This document shows positions 50,863-62,044 of a DNA stretch of 64,000 nucleotides, piece by piece. The position numbers and the translations under genes were made by a program. Source of the stretch: a virus. The stretch is from positions 1 through 64,000 of the IMG/VR virus record IMGVR_UViG_3300034062_004313; one strand, written 5' to 3'. Numbering within the stretch: the stretch's first letter is position 1; every line of letters starts with the position of its first letter. Under the pieces are notes generated by a model. That model saw only the letters and a program-made list of their open reading frames with translations, made no database searches and was not told where the DNA came from.

Positions 50863-52212
50863 TCATTTTTTAATCTTTTGTTTTGTAAATTCTGCTAAGT
50901 CCAAAAGTACATTCTTTTTTCCTACTAAACTAAAATATGATACTAAAAATTCTGCAAAATCTGCATCTACATCAAATTCTTTATCTATAATAATACATTT
51001 ATTGTATTTATCTTCAATAGACTTTTGACCAAATATTGATGCTTGTTTAATATCACATTCTATATGAATATCATAAATTCTTTCAATTTGGTCTTTTATA
51101 GATTCCTTTGTTTGATTGAATATTGTACATATTACTTCAGTTGGAGTAGATTTTATAGTAACATTCTTACTATAAGTCCACATGTCATCACCAATACTCC
51201 TTAATACTTTACCACTACTATTATATAGTTTATGACATTTAATATTCTTCTCTAAATCTTTGAAAGTGTGTGGTGTACAATATTCAAACTTATCTTCAAA
51301 ATACTTAACAAGAAAATTATTAGGACTATAGAATGACACTTTATTTAAAACATCATTCTTATCTAAATATTCTTCTTCACGAATAATAAAACTTGCTAAA
51401 GTATTATCATTAGTATATTGTAAATATCCTGTTAATTCAGATAAAACACTCCAATAATCATTTAGCATACGTCTTTCATCTATCTCTCCAAATTCACTAT
51501 TAAAATTAAAGAAAGACTTTTCATTTACATTCTCATAAACAAGTATACCTTTCTTATATATTCTTAAATGACCATCTGGACTTTCAAAAATATAACCCTT
51601 AATATTATCATAATTATCTTTTATTGGTAAATATACTTCATGATTCTTAGAATTAAGTATATATTTATCTCTATCTAACCAAACTTGATAAAATAGATTA
51701 TGTTCATCAAAGGTTAATGTTATTTTAGTCCCATTAATATCTAAAGAATAAGAATCACTATCATTTGTATAATATCCACCTTCATCAAGCATATTACTAT
51801 ACAACTCTCTCCATGCTTGCCACAGTTCCCAATTATGTCCTAATTGTAATGCAAATCCTGTATGAATATCTGATTCTTCTGTAGTTCCCCAAGGTTCTAC
51901 ATATGAATTACCACATGGAGTTTTAGTAACATGGAATGATATTAATTCTTTACACTTATTAGTATAATCACATTCTTCATTCCTTATGAATGGTTCATAT
52001 AAGTAAGAATAAGACTGTTCTTCTTTATCAGTAGACTCTTTATATACCTCTATTGTAATATCAACATTATTTCTTAAAAGAAGAGCAATAGCATATTTTA
52101 ACCCACTGTCAAATGACCCAATCTTACTATCATCTGTTCTTTTTGAACTATCACCCATACTACTTATGTCAATAGGAGATAAAAGAGTAGGTGTTATAAA
52201 ATTTATTTGCAT
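50863..52212 (-). CDS. GHKL/HATPase-like protein with permuted motif order
   Basis: GxSSKR...IGSFDSGLKYA precedes RELYSNMLDE, followed by GTKITL. Confidence 0.6.
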   Translation of the reverse strand: MQINFITPTLLSPIDISSMGDSSKRTDDSKIGSFDSGLKYAIALLLRNNVDITIEVYKESTDKEEQSYSYLYEPFIRNEECDYTNKCKELISFHVTKTPCGNSYVEPWGTTEESDIHTGFALQLGHNWELWQAWRELYSNMLDEGGYYTNDSDSYSLDINGTKITLTFDEHNLFYQVWLDRDKYILNSKNHEVYLPIKDNYDNIKGYIFESPDGHLRIYKKGILVYENVNEKSFFNFNSEFGEIDERRMLNDYWSVLSELTGYLQYTNDNTLASFIIREEEYLDKNDVLNKVSFYSPNNFLVKYFEDKFEYCTPHTFKDLEKNIKCHKLYNSSGKVLRSIGDDMWTYSKNVTIKSTPTEVICTIFNQTKESIKDQIERIYDIHIECDIKQASIFGQKSIEDKYNKCIIIDKEFDVDADFAEFLVSYFSLVGKKNVLLDLAEFTKQKIKK

Positions 52213-52217
52213 AATAT

Positions 52218-52247
52218 AAAACCGTCTGTAAATTTCTCTACAGACGG
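52218..52247 (-). terminator. Intrinsic terminator
   Basis: CCGTCTGTA/TACAGACGG stem followed by T4 on the minus strand. Confidence 0.65.
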
Positions 52248-52267
52248 CTATTTAATTTAATGTGAAT

Positions 52268-52567
52268 TTAAAAATTTACTGTCTTATCTTCTTCTTCTGT
52301 GTAAAACTGTTCAATAAAATCTTGAATAAGTTCTTGTTCTTCTATAAGTTTTTTAATTTCTGCAAACATTATCTTAACTTCTGCCATTGTTACTTCACCT
52401 ACATTACTCAATCTTTCTTGAATTTTTTCCATCTTACCTTCAATCTCATACTCTAAATCTGAAATCTCTTTGTTGAATTTCCTTAATTCTGTGTTAACTA
52501 CTTTCTTAAATACCACTTCACTCTTGTTTTCTTGTGCTCCTTGTTGGAGAAGTTCTAAACGTGTCAT
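52268..52567 (-). CDS. Small coiled-coil protein
   Basis: 99 aa, E/K-rich helical sequence, followed by its own terminator. Confidence 0.65.
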   Translation of the reverse strand: MTRLELLQQGAQENKSEVVFKKVVNTELRKFNKEISDLEYEIEGKMEKIQERLSNVGEVTMAEVKIMFAEIKKLIEEQELIQDFIEQFYTEEEDKTVNF

Positions 52568-53510
52568 AATTGTTGATTTTTTATTGTTTTTAAAATTAAC
52601 TCTGTTACCTTTTTAATATCTACTACTTGTATAGATTCTGTTTTAGATAATGGAAATTTCTTTTTAGTTGTAACTAAAATTTTCTTAATTTCTTTTTCTA
52701 AATTCATTATATTCTTGTTGTTTTTAATTCTTCTGCAATTTTTCTATATGCTTGTTCTTGTTCTTCCATTCTTTTTTTAACTATTTCAATAAGTTCTCTT
52801 CCTTGTTTTTCAAGTTCATATTCATTATTGCTTCCATTATGTCTGAGCCTATTTGCCGTTACATATACTTTTGCAATATCATTAATAGATAAACATCGAA
52901 TATCTTGAAGAGTTTTAATTTTATCTATATCTACACTCACTTTAATCCATTCTACACTATCTTCTACTACACATGCTGGAATAAAATCATTATTTTCATT
53001 AGTATAGCACATATTTTCTCTTAATAAGCTTTCATCAGGCCAAACTATAATGCCACTTTTTCTATGCTTGTATTTCATTTTGAATTTTTTAATACTTCTT
53101 CTATAGCTATTTTTAAATCTTTTAAACCTTTTCTTGTTATAGGACCGATTGTTGTAGTATTAAATCCTAAATCTCTTTTAGTTGCTCTACTATCTTCTTT
53201 TGGATATATTGCATTATCCATCATAGAAACATATCCTGTATTATTAATTAAGTCTATATTAATTAAATAAGTTCCTAAAACAATTTGCTTTTGAACGAAT
53301 TTCATTTTATCTTATTTAAAATCATTTGAGTATGAAGAAATATAGTTTTACCACAATTAGTTTTATATGGTGCTGGATTATTATCAATATTCAATAGAAA
53401 ATGGACAAATGCCTGATGAAAACTACGTTCATCAAGTATTCTTGTGTCACAACTTTTGCTTATGTTATCAATATAATATTGATATGCTTTTTGAATGTTT
53501 ATTTGCATAA

Positions 53511-54695
53511 TTATTTTTTAGCATCATATCCAAGTGACATGTACTTGCAGGAAAAGTTATGATTTTCATCTCTAATAACTATACCTTCTACCATATTATC
53601 TCTGAAGTAAGTTTCACATTCTTCTTTAATTTCTTCAATAGTGTTAAAAGTCTTATCGAAAACCAAATCTGTTATAGGAACATTTAATTCTGTAGTAATT
53701 CTTTTAAACTCTTCTTCTCCAAGCTTTATAGATTGGTCTTCATATTTACAAACATTAAAGAATTTAATTCCTACAGGAAGTTTAGCATGTGGATTGTTCT
53801 TGTTACCACTTCCTTTCATGTTTTGACCATAAATTTCACCCTGAAGTACTATGTTGACATTGTTTTTCTTACAATAAGATTCTAATAAATCAAGATATTT
53901 CATTCCATGTTTAACAAAATCACTGTCATTAGGTACTTCTTCGTAGAAATTTAAATCAGGCTTAGTCCAAAATAACACTTTTTCTAAGAAAGTTTTATTA
54001 CGTCTTCCTGTAACCTTTTTTGTAGATAGTGGTTTACCTTGATTACGAGAAGCAATTCCTTTTTTACCATCTTTATACCACTCTGTTATAGAGCTACCAT
54101 CAATTTTAACACGACCAATAAGTCTTTTAGGAAGAATCTTCTCAAAATGTTTAACTACATTATTAAAATTCTCTTCATCTGTTTTAACTACTCCATCTGG
54201 AAATTTAGTAGAGGCTCCACCTTTAATTCCAGCACCAGATTTATCATCAGGTTCTTCATATTTAGTAATTCCTAATTCTTGTGCTAAATCTAAAGTAGTT
54301 AAAGGTAGATTATGACCATGAGCAGTCATTCCTGTATAATCTTGAACTTCTTTATATTGTAATAATATACCATTACTATACACTGGAAATCCATCTCCAC
54401 GATGTAAATTAAACTTCTTAGCACGAATACGTCTTGGTAATCCATTTGTTTTTCCTAACATACTCTTGCTTTCATCTCCATTAGGACGAATGAACGATTC
54501 GAATAGTGGAATATCTGAAACACAATAATCAGGAAATATTAATACTGCTTTATCTCCAACTTTATAAATATCTTTTTGACTAACTAATTCATATCCAAAC
54601 TCTTCAATAGTGAGCAACTCTATCGAGTTGGCTTGTTCTTCTCCTTTAAATAAGGGAATCTTTTCTTTTATTATAACAATTTGTACGGCTTCCAT
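53511..54695 (-). CDS. ATP-dependent RNA ligase, DRB0094/Rnl5-like
   Basis: N-terminal OB-like module; KTDEE, motif I KIDG, ASRN, QGEIYG, FFNV, EGIV, KY. Confidence 0.85.
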   Translation of the reverse strand: MEAVQIVIIKEKIPLFKGEEQANSIELLTIEEFGYELVSQKDIYKVGDKAVLIFPDYCVSDIPLFESFIRPNGDESKSMLGKTNGLPRRIRAKKFNLHRGDGFPVYSNGILLQYKEVQDYTGMTAHGHNLPLTTLDLAQELGITKYEEPDDKSGAGIKGGASTKFPDGVVKTDEENFNNVVKHFEKILPKRLIGRVKIDGSSITEWYKDGKKGIASRNQGKPLSTKKVTGRRNKTFLEKVLFWTKPDLNFYEEVPNDSDFVKHGMKYLDLLESYCKKNNVNIVLQGEIYGQNMKGSGNKNNPHAKLPVGIKFFNVCKYEDQSIKLGEEEFKRITTELNVPITDLVFDKTFNTIEEIKEECETYFRDNMVEGIVIRDENHNFSCKYMSLGYDAKK

Positions 54696-56211
54696 TATTT
54701 TTCGTATTTAGTTAATATTAAAATAACTCCTGTTAAAAATCCTGCTGGCATCCACCAAACAGCATATAATAATATCAACCACCAATTTCCTACTAAAGCA
54801 CTTAATACTATAGGAAATATCCATATAGCTATTATTATTAGTATTGATAATGTAATTATTATTGTTTTCATTCTATTTGTTTTAAAAGTTCTTCTATTTT
54901 ATCCATTACTTCTAACAATTCGTATATTTTTCCTGAAATAAAATCTGTACGTTGTAATGATTCTAAATATTCAACTCTTTGTTCAAGTTCTTCATACAAC
55001 TCTTTCATAATTCAAATTTCTTTTTAAATTTATCCCAATCTAAATCATCAAAATGATTCGAAACATCTTTTAATATTTCTTCAACATCTTCCCATTTTAC
55101 ATATTCTCCATCATGTTGTTCTTCCATTCCTGCTGAAATAGAGTCGAATTCTGTATTTACATATAAATCATATCTTTTCATAATACAAAGGTTTTAAAAT
55201 AAGATTAATACGGCAATTAATAAAAAAATCAGTAGGTTTTCCTATTTCCATACCCTCTTTAAAAACTAACCATTCTTTATTATTTTGACAATATGCTATT
55301 TCGTAATTATTTATTTTATATCCTCTATTAGGAACGTAATAATTTCCTCTGAATATAGGAGCATACTGTTCTTTAAGTAATCTCATAATTTCTCTTTAAG
55401 TTTATTATACACTGTATAAATACCTAAATCCTTAGCTTTATTTAAAGCAGTTAATGCAAATTGAATTTTTTCCTTTCTTACAAATTCAGAATTAGCTCCT
55501 GCTATGAAGTCTTCTATTGCTGAATTAGCTAAGTCATCTGTTTTTACAGGGTCAGTAAAATTATTGATTTTTATTCTCCATCCATAATTTCTAGCTTCTT
55601 CTTGTAAACTCATAATTAATGCCTCCAATTTAAATTTAAATCTCTAATATTAGTTAATGCAGAAGTGTAGTTTTCATAATTCTTCCAATCTCCTCCACAA
55701 TTATATACCACTCTCACTTGTTCTGTAGTCCATTCAGGAACTTCTTTTACAATACCATTCTCCCATCTATCTTCATAACCATCTGTACTTATTCCATCTT
55801 CTTCGAATATTGGTACAGAATTTCTATAATGAGAAGGGAGATAGTGTACTTTATCTCCCTTTTTAAGTTTTGCTATATCTATCATTTATAAAGATTTTAA
55901 ATAGAAATAAGTTTTAAACAATTGAAGTTTTCTTTTTATAGATTCATAGTATTGCATAGACTTAGACCATTCTGATTTAGCAGACATTTGTGCCATTTCA
56001 CCTTTAGTTTAAGCATATTTAATTGATTATAATAACTAAAAAATTAATCAAATATCCATTCAATTAACCATTTGTTGCTTTTGCGATTTATTATCCTATA
56101 TAATAATATCCACATCAAAACAGGCATACTTACTAAAACAAGTATTATTTTTAGTAAGCACCCAATAGCAATCATTGTTGCTTCCGAATAAAACATTTTA
56201 GTTTATTTATT

Positions 56212-56391
56212 TTAAGACCATTCCCACCAATTTGATTTTTTATGAACACTACCTTTTCTAACCTTTTTGTTGAAAAACCTCTTCCAGAATTTACCACATG
56301 GTTTAACAAAAAAACTTTGAGCAGGAGTATTTAAATTTTCCTTTGTTTTCTTTTTGTTACCTAAAAAGACTTTTAATTTATCTTCATTCAT
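56212..56391 (-). CDS. Small basic protein (59 aa)
   Basis: MNEDKLKVF...NWWEWS; ATGA overlap with the helicase stop; below the track cutoff. Confidence 0.55.
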   Translation of the reverse strand: MNEDKLKVFLGNKKKTKENLNTPAQSFFVKPCGKFWKRFFNKKVRKGSVHKKSNWWEWS

Positions 56392-57293
56392 TTTAAATGT
56401 TTTTCAAATGGATATAAATCTGTACTTCCATTATTATAATCTACGTATCTATTAGTTTTAGGATTAAATCTCATTTTTACTGTACCGGGCAATCCTACTA
56501 ATTTTTGTTTCTTAATCTTTTCAGATTTAAAAATTACATAAGTATCTGTTTTATCTTTAGCATAATTAGGTCTACATACTATAATAACATTATCTGCTGT
56601 ATCTGAATATGTACCACCCTGTTTAATAGTATATTTAGAAGGTTCTGGATAATTACCTGTATCATCTTTTTTAGGTGTTTGCTGATGCATCACAAGATGT
56701 ACTGATACATCTGGAAAATCCACTACAAAGTCATTAAGATAACCCATGAAGTAGCCTCCAAATAAGTCATCCCTATCTGGACTTTCTTTACTACGAGTGA
56801 TACGAATATGTGGGTCTATAATAAATCCATAGAGAGAGGGGTCTTTTTCTTTCATTCCTCTCCACAACTTAACAAGATTTTCAATTGTATTATCAGGAAG
56901 TGGGATATGAATGAAAATGAATAAATCCTTTAAAATCTCTAAACATTTAACATATAAATCTGGTCCAATAAAATTTGGATTATCTTTGTCAGTAGATTTA
57001 CCTGAAAGAGTATGAATAATTTCATCATAAAACCATTCAGCAGGACTATCTTCTGGAGCATAGAATACAAACTTTTTCTTTTCTTCCAATGCTTTAATAA
57101 GAGCAAGGAACCTTATCATAGTTCCTTTGCCTTCATTATTATAACCTGTCCAAATATTTACTTCTCCTTGTCTCCATGTCCACACTTGGTCAATTTCATC
57201 AATATAACATGTAGTTCCCTTAACATGACCATTGAGTAATGTTTCTACCATATGTTCCTGAACATCTCTTATTCTTATTACTCTTTTACTCAT
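56388..57293 (-). CDS. SF4 (DnaB/T7 gp4-like) replicative helicase
   Basis: Walker A TGYNNEGKG, APED, IIDP, LVMHQ, IxxG...ADN...R, KIKKQ. Confidence 0.8.
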   Translation of the reverse strand: MSKRVIRIRDVQEHMVETLLNGHVKGTTCYIDEIDQVWTWRQGEVNIWTGYNNEGKGTMIRFLALIKALEEKKKFVFYAPEDSPAEWFYDEIIHTLSGKSTDKDNPNFIGPDLYVKCLEILKDLFIFIHIPLPDNTIENLVKLWRGMKEKDPSLYGFIIDPHIRITRSKESPDRDDLFGGYFMGYLNDFVVDFPDVSVHLVMHQQTPKKDDTGNYPEPSKYTIKQGGTYSDTADNVIIVCRPNYAKDKTDTYVIFKSEKIKKQKLVGLPGTVKMRFNPKTNRYVDYNNGSTDLYPFEKHLK

Positions 57294-57597
57294 ATTAATT
57301 ATTCACTACTTAAATATTCTAATCTTGATTGTAAGTTTTCTATTTCTTCTTGAAGTTCTTGTTTTTCTAATTCAATTCTTTCATCATACTCTCTTTTACG
57401 TAATTCAAATTCTTCAATAGTTTCTCCTTCCATTTTATAACCAGAAATTGTAGATACTTTATTATATGTATTTAATTTTATAAATTCTGCTCCTGAATTT
57501 TTAATCCTATTAAATACTTCTTCAAAATCAGCTATTGACATTCCATCAAGAATGCTCAATTCGTGTATTGTTTGTTTTTCAATTATTTCTTGTTTCA

Positions 57598-58206
57598 TTA
57601 GAAAAAATCTTTTTTAGTTAAAATTACTTTTGGTTTTTCTTCTACGTAATTTTCATAATCTAATGCCATATCAGAACCTTTTTCATTTCCTTCTTTAATT
57701 ATATATCGCATGATTTTTTGATTACGTATTTCACAATGTTTTAACAAAAGCTTCTCAATACGCTCCAAATCTGTCATAGTATATTTTCCTATGAACTTTT
57801 TAAGCTTACCTTCTAAATCTAATACACCACATAAATAAGGCCATTTTTGTACTTTACCATCAAATACAAGATTTGGACTATTACTACCTGTCAAATTTAA
57901 TAACTTATCTTGTAATTTCCTATGTAATTCTGCTACCCATTGTGAAAAGGATAAAGGTTTCTGAACTTCTTCTGAATTTTGTTTATTATTATCAACATTT
58001 TCTTCATTTTTGTTAATTATATTAAACATTGTAACTATTTCCTGTCCTTTATCTGATAGCACTTCACCATCTATATATCCTTTTGCTTTAAGAATATTAT
58101 AATATCCTGTAAGTCGGTTTACTTCAGGTAAATTATTAATATTCTGAAGGACATATAGATGATTGAAATCCAAACCACTTGCAAATAAAAATTCTTCTTT
58201 AATCAT
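57598..58206 (-). CDS. Hypothetical protein, possible replication initiator or helicase loader
   Basis: wHTH-like N-terminus (L..KGYI...LSDKG); position near the helicase gene. Confidence 0.35.
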   Translation of the reverse strand: MIKEEFLFASGLDFNHLYVLQNINNLPEVNRLTGYYNILKAKGYIDGEVLSDKGQEIVTMFNIINKNEENVDNNKQNSEEVQKPLSFSQWVAELHRKLQDKLLNLTGSNSPNLVFDGKVQKWPYLCGVLDLEGKLKKFIGKYTMTDLERIEKLLLKHCEIRNQKIMRYIIKEGNEKGSDMALDYENYVEEKPKVILTKKDFF

Positions 58207-58472
58207 TAATTATATCTTGTTTATACTTCTCAAAATCTACACCCTGTCTTTCTTTTTCAAACTTTACTAATTCATATAATCCAATCAATAAAGTATGAGG
58301 TATACTAATTGTATTGTTATCTTTATCAGTATATTCTATACGATTATATTGTGGATTACATGATATTCTATCTTCTAAATGGAATATTCCGTTTCTAATT
58401 ATCATAAATCTTTATTATTCTTATCACTAAATAAATACATTAATACCATTATAAGTAAAACTATATATACTG

Positions 58473-58820
58473 CTACCATAAATCTTCTGAATGTAATTCT
58501 TTAATTGTATTAAATCTTCCTCTATCAATCTGTCCTGCTAAGAATGATATGAATGCTGCTTCTATACGGTCTACAAAACGATTTTTTGAGGTTAAAAAAC
58601 CTTGTACATACTCTCCTACACTATTTTCTCCATTTGTAACTCCCCTAAGACCAGTTACAGCATTTAGTTGTTGTATACAATGAGGATGCCTATGACCACA
58701 AAAAACAACTCCTTTATCTATATTAATAGGACTTCTATTTAAATCAATTTCTTTCTTTAAAGGTATTTCTTTGTACCAAATTGCAGAACATAATATATAC
58801 TCAACTTGATTGTTTATCAT
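58473..58820 (-). CDS. Conserved phage protein
   Basis: ILCSAIW...CGHRH...QGFLTSKNRFVDR.EA...SEDLW. Confidence 0.65.
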   Translation of the reverse strand: MINNQVEYILCSAIWYKEIPLKKEIDLNRSPINIDKGVVFCGHRHPHCIQQLNAVTGLRGVTNGENSVGEYVQGFLTSKNRFVDRIEAAFISFLAGQIDRGRFNTIKELHSEDLW

Positions 58821-59873
58821 GATTGTATAATTAGTCCATTAGGAAAATAAGATTTTTCATATTCTGTCATACTATTACTTACACTTTCCCAATCTGATAC
58901 AACAGGAATAATTGTACTCACTTTTAAAATTTCTTTATAAACAGCATTAATAAGTTCATTTTGATGTATTTGATTAATACTGCTTGAATACATATTTATT
59001 GATTCAAGACGAGTTATTCTATCTTCAATTTCTTTCTTACCTTCTTCTGTTAAATATATACCTTTCATTATGTTACATTTTCAAGTGGATAACAGTTTAA
59101 TATTGATTCTTTATCTATACATATCCAGAAGTCTTCTAAATCTTTAATGTCTTTTCTTGTTATTTCTTGTGGTACTACTTCCCATTCTTCTTCATCTAAT
59201 GGTTGTACATTCAAACCACCTTTTTCACTAGCACATATTAATGCAGCTTGTACATGTAATCTACATAAGTATTGAAACATATGTTGATAATCATTAAATT
59301 CACCTGAAGATTCTAATTCTTTCCATGTTGGTATTTTCATTTTAATAATTCTCTTATTTCAATTAATAAATAACGACATTCAGTTATCATATCTCCATCT
59401 TCACCATGAGTGTAGTCTTCCATATGAGCTAATTTTTCATCTATATTATCAATTTTCTCCAAAATAATTTCATTCATATCCATTAATTTCTATTGAAAGT
59501 GTCCAAAATAACCAACCAAAATAAATACCATATCTGTTATCATAGTCTCCATGAATTTGAAGTTGTGGAAGTATATCAAAACACCAGAAATTAGGATTTC
59601 CATTCTTTTTAGATTTATACCATGCATCAAGTGTAACTTTTATTTTATTTGACATATTGTATCATATCTTTATTTGTATAACCCCATACATTAGGATTAT
59701 TATGTTCACAATATTTTAACACTTCTCTACCAGATTCTAAAACTTCTTCTTCAATAACTTCGTAGGTTATATCCCAATATTTTCCGTACAATTTAAATAA
59801 GTGATTCCATTCTTCGGTTTCACTCATTAAGTTTCCATTCATCTTAAACTTAAATTTTCTATTTTCCATTCTA

Positions 59874-59881
59874 CAAAGTTA
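59874..59881 (-). promoter_or_regulatory. Bacteroidota -7 element TAACTTTG
   Basis: Exact TAnnTTTG in an intergenic gap, but no canonical -33 element. Confidence 0.35.
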
Positions 59882-60282
59882 TGTCAAAATATGTTAAGAA
59901 GTCTATAACTTACTACCAAATTTTTGATAGAGTTTTCCTAACTTCAATTGAATTTTATCAATCTCTTTTTGAGCTTTCTTATGATTCTGAAAAACATAAT
60001 GTTGAGACAAAACTACATCTATAATATCTTGTGTAGATGATAATCTATCAACTATTTCGTGATAATGTCCTTTATTTAGTTTCATAATTCTGTATTTAGT
60101 ATCCTTTCTTTAACCTTTTGTAAATATTCTATTGCTGCACTAATATGTTGCATGTCTAACCATGCTACACTATTACGATGGTTATTTACTGCTATATCTA
60201 TACCATATCCTTGGTCTGTAAAATACAAACCATCTCCTATATGTTGTGCTGGAATTAAATCTTTCATAATTTACTTGTTATT

Positions 60283-61173
60283 TCAATTAATTTTTTTAAA
60301 GTTTTCAAACCATTCTTTTACATCAAAGCTATTACCTAATTTTAAAGATTGTAATTTTAACGTGTGTTTGTTGAAAGTGTTTAATAAATCAAATACTTCT
60401 TCCTCACTATACATTCTATCTACTTGGTATTTAGTTCCATTAATAAAAGATTGTATACAATGAGCAGCATAACTCGTATTGTTAAATCCAGATTTTTTAC
60501 AATCTTGATAAGCAGCTTCTTCAAGCGTTTCTTGTTTAGGATTTTTACATTTTACATTTACAAATCCTCTACATTCTGTATCACAAATGCATTCTGATTG
60601 ATATTCTTGTTTAGGTTCTTCTTGTGGAATGATGATTTTAAACCGTGTACCGAATTTAGGTTTATTACCGTGTTTGTACCAAAATTCTTTGTCATAAACA
60701 GACCAATTACCATAACCATCTTTGTATTCTATTTTAACTTCTACTTGTTCACAACTTGGATTCTTAACAAACCACTCTAAAAACTCATCATCAATAGCTT
60801 GAACACCATCTTTGATTAAGTCTGGGTCTGTTGTTAGGATTATTTTTTTACAATATCTAATTTCATGGGTTAAGTTATTAAAAGAAAATAATAATTGTTG
60901 CCCGTGCTCAACATTACCTAATTTTATATTAGAAGGTTTTACTATATAATAGTTATTATCGTTGATAGGATTTCCTTTTAAATCTATGCACCCTGTAACA
61001 TAATCAGCTATAACCCAATCTCCTTCTTTAATTTCTTCTGAAGAAGTGATGTATACGTGTTGGTTAATGGCTGGATTACCAAAGTTTTCATTACTTAATC
61101 TTAATTCTGAATTACAATTAAGTTTTACTAACCTACTTGGTTTGTCTGTTGGTAACAGATGTATGTTTTTCAT
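60283..61173 (-). CDS. Modular hypothetical protein
   Basis: MKNIHLLPTDKPSRL, KKIILTTDPDLIKDGVQAIDDEFLEWFVKNPSCE, PKQE repeats, MYSEEEV. Confidence 0.7.
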   Translation of the reverse strand: MKNIHLLPTDKPSRLVKLNCNSELRLSNENFGNPAINQHVYITSSEEIKEGDWVIADYVTGCIDLKGNPINDNNYYIVKPSNIKLGNVEHGQQLLFSFNNLTHEIRYCKKIILTTDPDLIKDGVQAIDDEFLEWFVKNPSCEQVEVKIEYKDGYGNWSVYDKEFWYKHGNKPKFGTRFKIIIPQEEPKQEYQSECICDTECRGFVNVKCKNPKQETLEEAAYQDCKKSGFNNTSYAAHCIQSFINGTKYQVDRMYSEEEVFDLLNTFNKHTLKLQSLKLGNSFDVKEWFENFKKIN

Positions 61174-61174
61174 A

Positions 61175-61639
61175 TTATTTGTTTTTAACTATTTCTATTA
61201 ATTTTTTAAGACAAGTAAGTTCTACTTCTTCGTAAGTTTTAAATGCAAACCCTCTTTCAAAAATTAAAATATTTAATTTTTCATTATCTAAACGATTTCT
61301 AGGGGTATCTTGCTTGCACTCATCCATTAAATTACTATACAAATCTTCTTGTCCTGTAATATCATTTTGTTCTCCCTTACTTATGTCAAAATGAAAATAG
61401 TTATTATGTATACTCTTATAAAAATAATTTTCTTTTCTTATTTGCACATGTAAATCATACTTATCTCTAAACCATCTAAATGCTTGTGAGAATGTTGGTC
61501 TAAGAGTAATGCCATCACCTTGTCTATCAAAAGATTTCAAATAAAACTTTTTGTTTAGGAAATGTCCAAAACAAGGTTTATCAAAACCTAATTCTTTAAG
61601 TTCTACTGCTTGTTCGTATGGGATGAATTCTTTTTCCAT
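61175..61639 (-). CDS. Modular hypothetical protein
   Basis: MEKEFIPYEQA.ELKELGFD.PC...QAFRWFR...TYEE.EL.CLKKLIEIV. Confidence 0.7.
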   Translation of the reverse strand: MEKEFIPYEQAVELKELGFDKPCFGHFLNKKFYLKSFDRQGDGITLRPTFSQAFRWFRDKYDLHVQIRKENYFYKSIHNNYFHFDISKGEQNDITGQEDLYSNLMDECKQDTPRNRLDNEKLNILIFERGFAFKTYEEVELTCLKKLIEIVKNK

Positions 61640-62044
61640 TATTTTTTAAAGATTTTATCTAATTTTTTAGCAACTTTAGGTTGTTCTTCATCTGAAATAG
61701 AGTCAAAATAACAATTTAATTCTTCATAAGCTTTTTTATATTGAGCTTTTTCTTTTTTAAGAACTTTAATTTGTTCTTTCAATTTTACAACTATCGGTAT
61801 AGAAGCTTTCATAATCCTATTTCTTTTTTAAAGAGTTCCAATTGAGATGTTATTGATTTTATATCAACACATTCATAAATCCTATCAATTTTAACATTCT
61901 CAACAATTCTATTAGTATATTCTTCTAATAGTTGTTTAAGTTCTTCAGGAGTAAATACAAATGCTTCAAAAGACTTATCATGAAAATGATAATCTTCTAA
62001 TTCTACTTTAGTAGGTATATAAACTGTTTGTAACTGTTTCATAA

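Noticed and set aside
55886-56387. Large non-coding RNA in an apparent 500-nt gap
   Set aside because: The gap holds three short minus-strand ORFs (59, about 50 and about 36 aa) below the track cutoff
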